The notes below the pieces were generated by a model, which was given only the letters and a program-made list of their open reading frames with translations, had not been told where the DNA came from and did not search any database. Shown piece after piece: positions 51,601 through 64,000 of a stretch of 64,000 nt of DNA; the stretch's first letter is position 1, and every line of letters starts with the position of its first letter. The DNA lies in NCBI GenBank assembly GCA_003344405.1, contig NOWV01000001.1, positions 558,001-622,000 on the forward strand, in the 5' to 3' direction. The translations under genes and the position numbers were made by a program. This DNA is from Trichoplax sp. H2. Its lineage: Eukaryota.

Positions 51601-53240
51601 TTGATATGCACTACGCATTACCTAATTAGTAACCTACATTCTATGATATAGTATGCAAATAATAAAACCACGAAATGATATTTACTAATTATTGCACTGT
51701 AATTATGAGCTCAAGATATATATGTAATGTGCGAAGGATATAAATTCTGAAGGTAACCGAAATTAAGTACAGATATATAAGTTTGATCAGCAAATGTATT
51801 CAAAGGACCGAAACATTCATTGTGTTACGTTTTCATCATATGTATCAATAATTATATTACCTTGAAAAGTAAAGGATATTTACAAATACGTTGTACAGGA
51901 GTAACAAGGCAGCTTGCAAGATAGTCAATTTCCTTCCCTTTAGTTACTTTTTCCATACCTTCCACTTTGGCTGCTTGTTCTACACATGACTTAATTAATA
52001 GTGATATCGTGAAAAACACAAGTAACTCATATTTAGTATTACATAGAGGTATTACATTCAAAACATGGAACTTACATTGCATCTTATAACTACTACCTTA
52101 ACATCAGGTGCACTATCGTATGAATCGCATAATAGCCATTAATGCTAGATTTTATATTGTTAATGCCTCACATTACTATAGATACCTTAACGTTATCACT
52201 TTTGAGCTGATCTTTCAGAATATCTTCAAGAAATCCGATAGCTACTTCATGACTATTACAATAGCTTGCATAAATTTTTAAATCTTTAGCCTAAATAAAA
52301 TTGAAATTTATACAAATGCGTTAATAATTACCAAGAAATAATGTCCGCAAGACGACTATAATATTATCATTATTGATACAGATCACTAAAACTAGTATTT
52401 TAATATTTCTAAACTCACAATATTGTACTATTATAATAAATTTATTTTACTCTATTACTAGTATTACTGCTGTGCCTGTAAGAAAGCAGAAACTGCACAA
52501 AAACTAATTACTGTTATGAGATGCAAGATCTACCATTAGAAAACCATCTTGATATAGTATGGTTAATGAAATAATATTGGAGCAAACAAGGCAATCGAAT
52601 TCTTGTAACGGTATAACTAACTAACGATAACATAACTGCATTAAAATGAATTATTTCTATAGAAAATAGTGTAGCTTTGCATATATCCATTGCAAAAGCC
52701 TTCTGAAACTATTTACTTTCAATGCTCGTTTCAATAACATAATTTCAATATACATTATCTTAATTTGAACTTACAAATGTAAAAAAAGTATTTGCAATGG
52801 AATTTTTGTCGTCGTTCTTTTCATTCATATCATGCAATAATTTACAACTTAATTGATATAATTCTTCAACATTGCCCATCAGAGATTCTACTTCACTGAT
52901 TGATATGCAGCTGGTTAACTTTTTACTGGACCGAGCCAATAAAATCTCTTTTACCTATACAGAGATCAAACTTATTTTAATGTCCTATGACGTAACTACA
53001 TTGATAGTTATATACTACCAACGGCCATAGATCAATGAGTAAAGTTTACTCATTAATGTAAAGGCAATCAATAGGAAGAAGTTAAAAATTACGATAAATT
53101 TGTTACTGTACCTTCACCAGAAATCGCAAATTTTTAGCATAAACTTGTTCCGTAGAAACAATTTCATTCAAGACCATCAATCTTATCCTTGCAATTTTAT
53201 CCATTTTTTCCTGACTTTTATTGCGTGTTTCATGATTCAT
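42684..53240 (-). CDS. PREX: P-Rex family Rac guanine-nucleotide exchange factor (DH-PH-DEP-DEP-[no PDZ]-IP4P-like), 37 coding exons, about 1545 aa. Exons: 53240-53112, 52954-52775, 52290-52186, 51989-51861, 51548-51387, 51139-51003, 50642-50620, 50529-50446, 50280-50128, 50012-49959, 49782-49683, 49536-49436, 49347-49244, 49140-49091, 48973-48898, 48698-48626, 48539-48371, 48262-48096, 47957-47801, 47544-47214, 47005-46856, 46633-46478 (or -46496), 46386-46234, 46129-45919, 45726-45632, 45569-45341, 45131-44994, 44808-44767, 44677-44460, 44388-44301 (or -44286), 43997-43854, 43781-43667, 43535-43475, 43384-43218, 43111-43009, 42870-42812, 42708-42684.
   Basis: Manual splicing gives one open frame with P-Rex signatures. 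DH: RLMVLNEIVSTEQVY, PVQRICKYPLLFKELL, VCSEVNEIKRQ. PH: YRGKI, NAWKIYN, KNLWLEA. DEP1: WYRFRYDDGTY. DEP2: KLVNWLIEQGDVDTREEG. IP4P region: FCPLRC, RRDAVFSQAL, AMLEDM, CRSGAERT, and terminal PRLYR. An AG acceptor at 53256-53255 implies a further upstream exon. Confidence 0.93.
45172..45214. repeat. Intronic 19-bp direct duplication
   Basis: TTCTATTAAGCGATAATGA occurs twice, 5 nt apart, inside a P-Rex intron. Confidence 0.8.
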
Positions 53241-56200
53241 TATTGAGCTAAGCTCTAAATTACTAACAAGATAGGCACATTAATCAATAAGGTGTAACCA
53301 TATATTAGAATTAAATATAAATACACTCTTTCGATTATAATATGTAAAAGCCCTTCTATACCAGCATAAATTTTTAGAAGCATCTTATTCATTAAGTTTA
53401 GAGAATTGATTCCTGATGAATGGCGTACACTTTATACTATAAAATAAGTGATTTATATAATGTTGGAAGTTGAGTAAAAATTCTGATTATCTCCATAAAT
53501 AACTTTCAATCAATGACATTTGCACTCCCTATCTAATTCATTAGGATTGCCTTGAAATTATGAATATATCTAGGGACATTACATTTTCATTTACAATTCG
53601 TTTTTTTCTTTTAACTGCTAGATTATTACAATATTAGTTACTCATTGTTTAATTTATTAGACATTTTCTAATTGATAACGTAAAAGAAGATATTTTGTCT
53701 CTTTAAAGAAAACCAGACTCTTAAGTTTATACTGTCATATATATATTTAGTGGGTGCGGCAATTCTCTATGACCTAGTTAATTCAAGTCTAGATTGATTT
53801 TTCAAATAACTTAGAGATAATACAAGGCCAATGACGGTTATATAGTAATGACGTTATTTTTTTCTAATCGGAGCGATTACTTAAGCCTTGAAGACTTGAT
53901 TTAAAGCTATAAATGTAATGAGGTAACACTACTCGTTCAATAGTCACATGGTAACGATACATAAAGTAGTAATTCTATTGCCTACAAAGGCCTAGAAGAG
54001 TTGAGCGAGTGAGATCATTAGATATTGCACCTTCATTATACGTTATAACTACTTTTATTTCAAGGATGAACCCCAATAATATGAAGTTATTAATCAGTTT
54101 AATGATTCTTATATTGTTATCAAAATTTTACACTGTTGATAATGTGGTACCGTAGCTTAACCCAAAAAAGACATAGTTAATGAAGAAAGTAAAATTGTTG
54201 CGCAGTTTACCCGTCGTTATATATAGTCATTTGATGTTTAAATTTGTAAAGTATAGAAGTAATGAGTAGAAAGAATGCGTAATAATTTCAAAGTGGTCAT
54301 AATCGTTGTGAGAGATATAATATGTTCCAATTGCTCTTCATTGAAAAGAATGAAATTCAATGTTGATGGCATAGAAAATTAAAAATCGACATAGTTTCGA
54401 AATTTTTTCGTTAGTATGAAATCCGATCATATTGTAATCTGACCAGATAAGATTAAAGGAAAATAATTTCTAAGTAAATAAGTGATGGTAGAAGACTACA
54501 AATTATATGTACCTGCAAATATATCTCGATGGTCTATAGAGATGTTCCAAGTAAAACAATTTTCACTGATCGTTTGTATACAAGTAATTGAAAAAATTAG
54601 TGAAAGCTGTATGTAAAAATAGACGATCAAGATCGAAGCAACAAGTATAGGTAGAAAGAGGAGTAGGGACGATCAAACCATACGTATAGAAGGGAGGACG
54701 AATTAGATAACGCATGACGGTTATCATAAGGATCTGTTACCCTTTCTGTACAGAATGAATATCCTATAACTAATTAACATTCTGTAAGAGCAATAATTGT
54801 ACTGCATTATTGCAGCCATAATAAAGAGCAATCGGCTATTCATCTATTAGCTAGTAAAATAAATTTATTCAGCACGAACTCTCGTTAACATTAATAAACA
54901 TATATTAAATTTAATAATTTAATTAAATATGTACTCTACGCAAGGTTTATTGTACGTTAGTTCCATCGTAGCAGTTGTGGCACTAGTTATCATTATGATT
55001 AATCTGCTGCAACTCGGAAAAGCTGCGTAAGAAATTACATCTTTAGCGAGTGGCTAGCAGACCTTAGATTTCGATTGCACACTAATATTTAGTAGACATT
55101 TATCCAATTCGGCTCGGTTACAACCTTTTCAAATTTAACGATAAAAGTTTATGTCAGATAGGTGTTTATTTCTATTGTATTGCCCCCATTGCTATTACCA
55201 TCAATACCACCGACACCGATTGATTATTTATCGAGATGACTCCATCCTATTCTATTGGATAAACTTTAGCAACTATCATCCAATCATCAACATTAAATAG
55301 GTCTTAAACTCATAACTGATCTGATGGAAATTAAAATAACATGCAAGATGGGCAAATTCCGGTTCAAAATGGTGAAAGTTCTGTTACCCATAGCAATTTT
55401 AGAATAAATTAATTTTAATAAACCAATTGAATGAATACAAAAAATAACTTTCCTTCTTTTACAAGCAAATGACTAAGTATTTTAGATCATATTAGGTACC
55501 ATGTGCTCGAATGACGGACCCCCCAAAAACTAAATAAAACGCATTTTTCGTGTTAGTTTAGACTACGCTAAAATTTTCATTGTCAAGCTTGTAACACAGA
55601 AATATTGATAAAATGTTGACTTATTTAGTATTCAAGGTACCGCTGTTATTATCAGTTCACCGAATTACTAATAATCATAATTATTACTAATACAATATAT
55701 CATACGATAATCAGGTTAAGATATCGTTCTGTTACGAGTAAAAATTTTTGAAAATCATCACTCAGTATTTACAATCGCGGCTAGAACGACAAATGACGAT
55801 CACGTGCATCATCCAAAGCTATCAGTTACTTATTGCTTGTAAAATCCACACCTGAAAATTGAATATGTGATACAGTGGCTGCCTGTTTCAGTATCATAAT
55901 AAATTTTATGCTCTAATTATAACGTGGCCCTGGTTATTTTCACGTCCGAGAACATCAAGAATTCATGCACTTACATTACTGTACCCGTAACGAATGGATA
56001 GACATAAATTCTATCGTAGTCACTTTCATCTATAATAGTAGCTATTTCTGGAATATTTTACTGAAACTTATGGGTAAGGAAACAATTAAAATAGTGGCTA
56101 TGATACAAATTCCTTACTGATATACGAGTGAGGCCTGGCTAGTTGAGAACTATATAAAGCTTACAGCATCTAACGCTAATCAATATATTGCGTCATGAAG

Positions 56201-59200
56201 TGTACAGTAAATACAGAAGGAAACTGCTAGAAGGTATAATACTTGTCCTATCAGAAGTGAAATGTTACACTTTTTAATAAATCAATTCCGCGACTCTGTA
56301 GCGATCTGAATTAATCTTCTCACATTTTAGTTTTATAGTACAAGATTATGTATAAGAAAATTGTGTACATGCATTCGGAATTGCTTTCGTAGCCCAAGAT
56401 TTTACGAAAAATGATCTTTTGATTACGTTATTACAATACTTTAGACCATCTTAGTGCTATAATAACACTCGTCGAAAAAAAACTACGCTGCGTTTCAATT
56501 CAATCATTAAGAGTTATCCTACAATGACTCAATTTTATCTCAAGTTGTTGCTGATGTAAAGTCAGTCAGTGTCTGCTTTTTAGCAAGCACATAGAAATAA
56601 ATGTAGACAGGCCTTATCTCGACAATGGATCGATATAATATGGCCATAAACGATGAAAATTTAAGTCATAATCGATATGCAACAGAGGATTATAAAAAAA
56701 AGAGACGACATAAAAATCCATATCGTCATTATAAACATACTTGATGCGATCCATACTGTAATTTGGAAATAATTAACGATGAATTATTACCGGGATAATC
56801 GAATTAATATAATCAATAGAGATAATACGGCATGATGCTTTTAGCATTACTGAGCTACTTGGTTTTCCTACCTTTCATCTGGTACTACGTCCATTGCAAC
56901 ATGTATTGGGATAAATAAACTTCCTGGTAGTAAAGAAATGTAAAATCAACGCGAAGTCATAATAATTTATTTTTACCGTAGCCTTACTCAACGTATCGAC
57001 ACAAGACGCTACAATGAATAATAATTCTGATTAATCAATTAGAAAAGCTTTATGCAGAATATCGGCTTACATGCAGTATTGACAAGTGTATTAATTCAGT
57101 CGACGATTACTATACAGTGATAATACCATCTCCAACTAACCTGTAATGACTTAGTGAACGTCTTTTATATTTTCCTTTGATTTGAAAGTGATAAGTACGT
57201 CAAACAATAATAACAATTGAGGATATTTGCAACTTTCTGATCACCGTAGATCTACCTACCGTGCAGGATTACTAGCGTCAAGATATTATTGTCATTAAAA
57301 TAGTGATAACATGACGTTTTGAAAAAATATTTAAAATATATCTTAATTAAGTCATCAGTACTAATAGTAATCAGTCGAAATCATCTATAATTTAAATTTC
57401 CCAATCTGCTATGACATCATACCGAAAGAGCGCATAATAAGAGGTTTTTGTTCCTAATTATTATTAGATCGACTATTTATCGTCATCAATAGTAAGTTCC
57501 AAATCTGTTTCTGGTAACCACTCCGTTCATCGATCTAAACTATTAGAGATCGAATTTAGCACATTCAACTATATTAAGATATAAAATATCTACATCAGAT
57601 TACGATTATCTGGCACAATATTATTTTTCAGCTATTATTAGCAAGGTTTATTGATTAAGTTCTATTTTTGACGTAGTCTAAATACGAACTTATCCGTTAT
57701 TTAGATTGCTGACTGTCTTCTCCCTCTTGCCCTATATAGCGTTGTTGTTTACTTACATTGGACTATTATAAAGATGTTATAGTGAAATTAAAAGCCACTG
57801 GGAAATGGATTAATAATCACTATCACTAATGCTAAAAGTCATATATAATTTACAATAATTTTGGTATGAAGAAGGAATCTTGTTATACAATACTTGATTA
57901 GTTTTATCACGCATCCCTTTCTAGAGTGCTATGTATCAGGGCCAGGCTAAAGCAATCTACAGTGTATCTAGGTCTAAGTTGTAACATGGCAACTATACCC
58001 AAACAAATACGACGTTTAAAAATGTCGTAGCTTGTAGCTTTAAACATGTAATACTAATGAAATGATGATTTTACACTCATTAATAGATACTTTCTACATG
58101 ATATATACTGTAGGAGAATAATCGTTAGACTAAGGCTAGATGCAATCCTTAATAGTTAGTAAATTAGTCGACATGTTACAATGACAGAATTCAGCTTCCA
58201 ATGTTCTACTTTCGCATATTAATTACTCGTATTAGAAGGCGAATATTATGGCATGATAATGTTTGATATAATTATTCAGGAATGAACTGACTATGCGTTA
58301 AATTTAACCGTCTTTATATTACGGTATATTATATTTATTACGTTGATTTTTAAACAATTAACTCACAACATACAACCTTTTCCAATCTTAGTATCAAGTT
58401 TTTTGCTTAAACTCAATCCAATTTGGGCCTACCATGGTATCTACTCGTTCACCTTTCTCTATTAGTGCTAGGAAAGAAGTACGATAGAATAGTATAATTC
58501 CATAAGAAACTGCAGCTTTGACTTATCACTAATAGAGGTAAAGCAGCGCTGAGTAAGACGATTTTCGAAGTTGTTGAACTTTTCAAACAGGCACAAAAAC
58601 TGAGCTATCCCAGATAAAGATCGGCGGACAGAATAAGCAGATATCACCATCATTGAAACTATTTCACGGTACTGTCATGTATGGAAAGGAAAATATTTGA
58701 AGAGATAGTATTGATAAAATATTAAGACCAACTATAGAAATAACCAATTACGCCTTAAATAACTGCAGCAAAAGATCTATCGTAACATAGATAAATATAT
58801 AAAATATTGCTAACTTGAGTAGTTCACTAACTAGAAATTTACTCATGTCTGAAGTATTACTGTATCGATTAGAATTTATCCATTCGTAGAAATCGATATT
58901 GGCTGTCGTCTAGGCTCTGGATATGTAGTTAGTACCTTAAAATTGCAACTTTTAACAGGAATAAATCAGTTGAAAAGGAGTCAACAAAGGTCATTGAAAT
59001 TGCAGCGATTAAGTAGACTAGAAAGGAAGTAACTCGCTTGGCGTTATGCTGCCTTCTACGGAAAAATTGAGTTATCATACCTAGCAAAATCGATAGCGTT
59101 TAACACGATTATGGGGCTGCTAGAAGAATGCCCAAATACATACTGCAGTGCTGGCAAAATATCAAGACAAACAGTTGATGGAAAGAGTCAATTATCCTCG

Positions 59201-61051
59201 CTAACAGCCGTAATTTATGAAAAGATTTGAAATTTTATATTAGAACCCTTTCTGTAAACTGAAGTTAACTTTCATCCATCATCTAGCAGCTAGATAGGTA
59301 GTCAGCATACTGTATTGAAGTGGCCTAATTTTCTTGAAAGAAATTAATTGAGATTTAAAAAGAAGCAACTCGCTTTCCACTGACTCTGTATATGCGTATG
59401 TTACTGCCCTAGCTAATAGAACGAGAAAGAGCAGCTCGCGGCTGCTGTTCGATGAATTCAAAAATTCTCTAGCAGCAATGCTGGTTCAGATTTTTCATCA
59501 GAAAGTGAGCCTTATTCTTTGGTAGCCTATGCGTTAAAATGCTATTGACCGAGATACAATCGCGAACAACGGCTTCCAGGATTTTTGTTAATTATAATTA
59601 TACTTCCTTGTACTACTAATGATCGTGATCAACAATCTGTAGAATTTTGATCACGCAAGACTCGTTAATTCTGAGACTCATCGTAATAGGATTTGAGGGT
59701 TCTATCTTAGTAATTCATGGTTATAATGCCGTAAAGTAGGAAAATATTATTTAATGCTATGCATTTATTGACTCATTAAAAAAAAAAATGATTGTCAGCA
59801 TTACCGTAGATAGTGACTTAGAGGTTACTAGTTTAATTTCTGCGAACAGGACTGACTATTTAAGAAAAAATTATTTATTTATTATTTTTTCTTTCCCCCT
59901 AAAAGAACAAAGATGGCAAGTGATACTTCATGTAAAGTCTCCTGTTTTGATTAGTGTGTATACAGTACTATAGTCGATTGAGCGACTTTTATCGAGGAAA
60001 TTCCTTTCTCGCGATGCACAGCCAGATAGTTGATAATATTTTATGACCAGCATATGCACATTGTATAGTAATTTGTCTTTCTGCTTATAGACTGTAGACG
60101 AGAGAGAGAGCTGTTTTAGAGAAGAGAAACTTTATTACCCAAAGTCAATCACGTACAAGGTAGAGATATACAATAGATATGCGGCTATACAGAGAAAGGA
60201 TTCTGAACCCAACACGCAAATACACATATACATAAATGGGCAATGATATTATACCTTGTATAATCTAATCACTTATTATAGTAATCGTTACCTTATTGAC
60301 GAATCTCGCTCTAAGCGAGCAGAAATGCGTCCGAATTTTGTGCAAATCAGTAATTGTAACAGAGTATTCTCACTAAAAGTGGGCAAGCTTGCTCAATTGC
60401 GGTATCTAATGGCGACGTTTGTATAGTATACGTGTTAATATAATCAATGGATTATAATGATTGCCACTCGAACTAAACATCGGCTTACAGTATTATAAAA
60501 ATCTTTTAGTGCACTGTCCGAATCAACAAAAAACATCCTACAGATGTTGTTGCTGTAGGAAAAGCAATATCGTAACAACATTAGCTTATTGGAGAAATGT
60601 GCCATCAATATTCTTGAAATATGCCTCTTATTTATTATGCGATCGGAGGCTGCAAGAACATTCATTAATAGGGAAGTTTGTGTTACTGGCATAAGCTATA
60701 CCTGGTGGCCTTAAAGAAATGTAAAGACATTTGCGGAGATACTATTGGTACGGCAATAATTAACTACTCATGGATTTTGCGTCGGTATATGGGTATTTCC
60801 CAATGCAAAAGTTTCAGTCGAGTTTTTGTCACAAGCGCCGTTGCCTGAAAATATAGCGGTGAGAGCATTATTGTAGTTCAGTATATGTGGAAAAATACGA
60901 GCATATCGATGTTGCATAATAATAATTAAAAAGATAGTGTTATACCAGTACATTATATTCAAAAATGATCGGGAAAATTCCACTTCTACCTGAAAGTATT
61001 TTATCTACTTTCTAGCCAGTAGGTTGATATTTCTACATATAGATAATAAAT

Positions 61052-61069
61052 TGGCGTAATTGGTAGGAT
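61052..61069 (+). other. Retrotransposon primer-binding site complementary to the tRNA-Ser 3' end
   Basis: TGGCGTAATTGGTAGGAT matches TGGCGTAGTCGGCAGGAT (reverse complement of the recalled tRNA-Ser 3' end) at 15/18 positions, with all mismatches being transitions. It overlaps the putative gag ATG at 61068. Confidence 0.65.
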
Positions 61070-62240
61070 GGCTGCTTATTGATACATTCCCGCTAAATGG
61101 AATCCAGACGGAGAAGGAGTTATTCCATTGTTGGACAGATTAGCTTATGTCTTTGATATGCGTACATGAAATTACCAAGAAAAAGTATTAATAACATTAA
61201 GAGCCGTACCGCTATACGTTAGGTCCAGACAACTGGGGCTGCAGTTCATGTACTGTTGTCCACGAGGCCTTGAGGATGGCCCCACCGATAAAGTGTTTAC
61301 CGACCTACGCATTTGAAGAACTAGTCTATAACCTAAAGTCAAAATTTCTTTCCTTGAGCACTCAATTATTAAAGCGAAGAATACAGCTAATTCGGAGACA
61401 ACAATCGAGTTAGGAAACCACAAAAGCAAACGGAAGAGATTTGTTAAGATTAGCCAAAAATAATCAATTTGGAGGCGCTCAACAACTTATTCCAAGTATA
61501 ATATTCATATCAGGCCTGCGAGATCGTTATCTGCAAGAATTACTGATAATGTGAGGAGGATTAAAATATCTTTCAGTTGACCCTGGAGCTGATCCGTCAT
61601 GATGTCGAGGGCTACTAATCTCATCAGAAAAGCCAGTAAGGACGTACCTGCTATATAGAAATAAAGAAAAATAGAAGTAACCTACGAAATCTTTCCAAAG
61701 CAAGTTGGCGCCCAAGTCGAGTCGGAATGATATGCTCTCGCGATAGAATAGACCATAAACCGCAGGAATATCCATACCGAAAATATAAATGTAGTTTATA
61801 TGGAACTATAGGTCATCTTAAACACGTGTACCGAAACAAAAACGTACAGGTAATTGAGACTAATAGAATTAACTAAATGAGAGAAATTGTCTACCAGGAT
61901 AATAAAAACTTACCGAAATCGGGCTATGGACGTAGAGCAAGAACAATTACAATCAACCGAGAAAGCAGAAAACGAAATTGAAGAAGTTGCTCTCTTAACC
62001 ATTTCGCAAGTTGATGACTGTCTAGTGCCACAATCCAACGATAGTACATCACTGTTTAAACCCAATTCGATGCGATAAGATTTAAATTTTTGACGCTTGA
62101 TAATGTAACTGCGAATAGTAAAAGTTAATGATTACAACATGGAATTAGATGACTTAATGTTTTTGTATCAACGAAACCTTGCAGGTCAAATCATATATTG
62201 TTAATACGGTAAGCTGGCGATGCGAGGGCAGAAAGAGTGT
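61052..62240 (+). mobile_element. Decayed Ty3/Gypsy (Mag-like) LTR-retrotransposon remnant: primer-binding site, gag with degenerate double Zn knuckle, and a possible protease trace
   Basis: Stop-interrupted frames read FEELVYNLKSKF...RRQQSS*ET...DLLRLAKNNQFG...IFISGLRDRYLQELL, which is gag-like. CSRDRIDHKPQEYPYRKYKCSLYGTIGHLKHVY has double CCHC spacing with C>Y changes. IVKVNDYNMELD at ~62115-62150 resembles the start of an aspartic protease. No intact pol or LTR pair was recognised. Confidence 0.72.
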
Positions 62241-64000
62241 AATTTTGATGCGTTGAAATACATTTATAAACAGTCGTAAATAGGATATTTTGTCAGCACG
62301 ACAAGAATTTTAGAATCGTTAATAGCAAGGATGACGAAATAGATTGAAAAATGTTCTGAATTCATACAAATTTTAACTAGCCAAGCAAGCTACTGCAAAG
62401 ATGTAATAACTTTTTATATCTAAATTTTATCTGATAAGATTAGGATGAGCATGTTTAATGAATGACCAACTAATGAAGTAATAAATAAGTCAACTCCGTT
62501 TTCTTGTGTACGAATGAATATTCATGGTTAGATCCTGCTTTCGCTGCTGTACCATATAGTATCGTTTGTTATGGTAATTTATGAGGCATATGTAAGGAGC
62601 CATAATCGACAACATCGTATGTAACAATCAGTGGAAAATAAAGAAATCAGGCGTAATTTGGCTTACTATGATACAATATTTGACATTCTATATATTTTAG
62701 AAGACCGAAATGAGAATCAAAAGATGCATTACAGTACAGTAATCTGCAGATATGCACGTATATACTTGCATATACTGAAATTCTATGTAAATCACTAAAA
62801 TGTATAATTAGCGGCGCCGACGATATTTTAGATCCAAGCGAAATTGTAGAAATAGAGTATCGGTACTATAATCATGCCAGATGGAACGGGATAGGACATA
62901 GTTCATCAGATGTTGCAGACCTCTGATTCAAGTAATTGCGTATAACACGAGTGTGAGCGCATTTTTAGTATTTGCGCTGAGATACGGGCTGCTATGCTAT
63001 CCTAAAGGTATTTTGCCGGCGCATGTGCCAAATTATACGGGTACCTTATGTAGTAGAAAATCACTTTCATGCATAAAATTCTCGCTCCTGCCAGTAGCTG
63101 CCACTCGAATATCGAGTTGGTGTTACTGGTAAGACTACACAAATCTACCAGACCATGTACGAATATAGTAACTGATGTAAAATAAAGTATTTTTGACCAG
63201 AACTGTTGCTAATACAGTATGTTGAAACGGGGTACTTGTATTAATCGTATTACTGTATATGCTAGGGATTCTCTCCTTCAGTGGCCGTCAATAAGAGGTA
63301 TTGTTCTGTTATTAGGTGAAGCACTACATTATTGCAACTTGTAAGTAGGCATTTATACCACAGTAAACATGTTCGTCTAGAGAGTGCAAGGTGGAAGTAT
63401 CTAGGTTTTTTTTACCGTAATAAAAAAATACCAAAATTTTAGAATTTATCCCTAAAATTGATTGTTTCGATCTTTTACTATTATACACGACTGATATTTC
63501 GGTTTGGGACAACTTCTAATTTGAATGGTTATGAAGATGTATCATAAAATGGTATTCGTTAGCTTGTTCATTAATTTATAACGCTTAATAGCTCTGTTTG
63601 GACCTCAAAAGGTCAGCAATAGCAGATAAGATACGCGTAAATCAATTACGAATAAGTACGTGCATTTGCTTAAGAAATCATTTTAACGTCCGTCTCTACC
63701 TATTGCACGAAATATAGATTCATCATCTGATAAAGTATTAAAGTTACTATAATTGTAGTTGCTAGAAAATGAAAATATCTGATACAATACGTGATTCAGT
63801 CACTAATTCACCACAATAATTAACATCGCATCTAAATAGATCATTATGTTATACTGTACTTTTATTCTATTTTATGATGCCTAATAAATATGCGTAGATT
63901 TATGATATTAGATAACATCTAATATAAATTAATCAAGCATTGGGCTAGTATATCTACAGCCATAATTACAATTAATTAATTATGATATTAAGGTATATTT

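Noticed and set aside
58400-59600. Slightly GC-richer, coding-like stretch with stop-interrupted frames (e.g. DSVYAYVTALANRTRK)
   Set aside because: Could be another decayed element, but no motif is strong enough to assign by eye.
60410-60417. TGGCGACG, resembling another Gypsy PBS start
   Set aside because: Only an 8-nt match, with no gag-like frame following.
62760-62930. Frame containing GADDIL, resembling the reverse transcriptase YxDD motif
   Set aside because: Lacks the Tyr and all flanking RT motifs; likely chance.
1-64000. CRISPR arrays, tRNA/rRNA genes, prokaryotic operon or defence systems
   Set aside because: No regularly spaced repeats or RNA-gene signatures were seen by eye, and the sequence is intron-containing animal DNA.

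Overview
AT-rich eukaryotic (animal) genomic DNA with many short GT-AG introns. Composition, intron size and gene content suggest a compact non-bilaterian genome such as a placozoan; this is inference and was not verified. Manual splicing gives five protein-coding genes. (1) A partial ERICH1-like gene on the - strand at the left edge. (2,3) Two tandem four-exon XK-related (Xkr scramblase family) paralogs on the + strand with identical intron positions. (4) A Mos kinase whose CDS is intronless, apparently preceded by a spliced, AUG-free 5' leader of about 1 kb and flanked by 10-14 kb intervals without recognisable genes. (5) A 37-exon P-Rex (DH-PH-DEP-DEP-IP4P) Rac-GEF on the - strand. A decayed Ty3/Gypsy (Mag-like) gag with a tRNA-Ser primer-binding site lies near the right end. 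Three observations stand out. The P-Rex lacks the tandem PDZ domains and the PH-domain PIP3-binding Arg, yet carries an INPP4-like P-loop (CRSGAERT), suggesting a differently regulated and possibly phosphatase-active GEF. The ERICH1-XKR-XKR-MOS-PREX cluster matches genes that all lie on human chromosome 8. A TACTG/CAGTA pentamer motif clusters upstream of gene starts. Homolog sequences and residue numbers quoted for comparison are recalled from memory, and no database searches were run.
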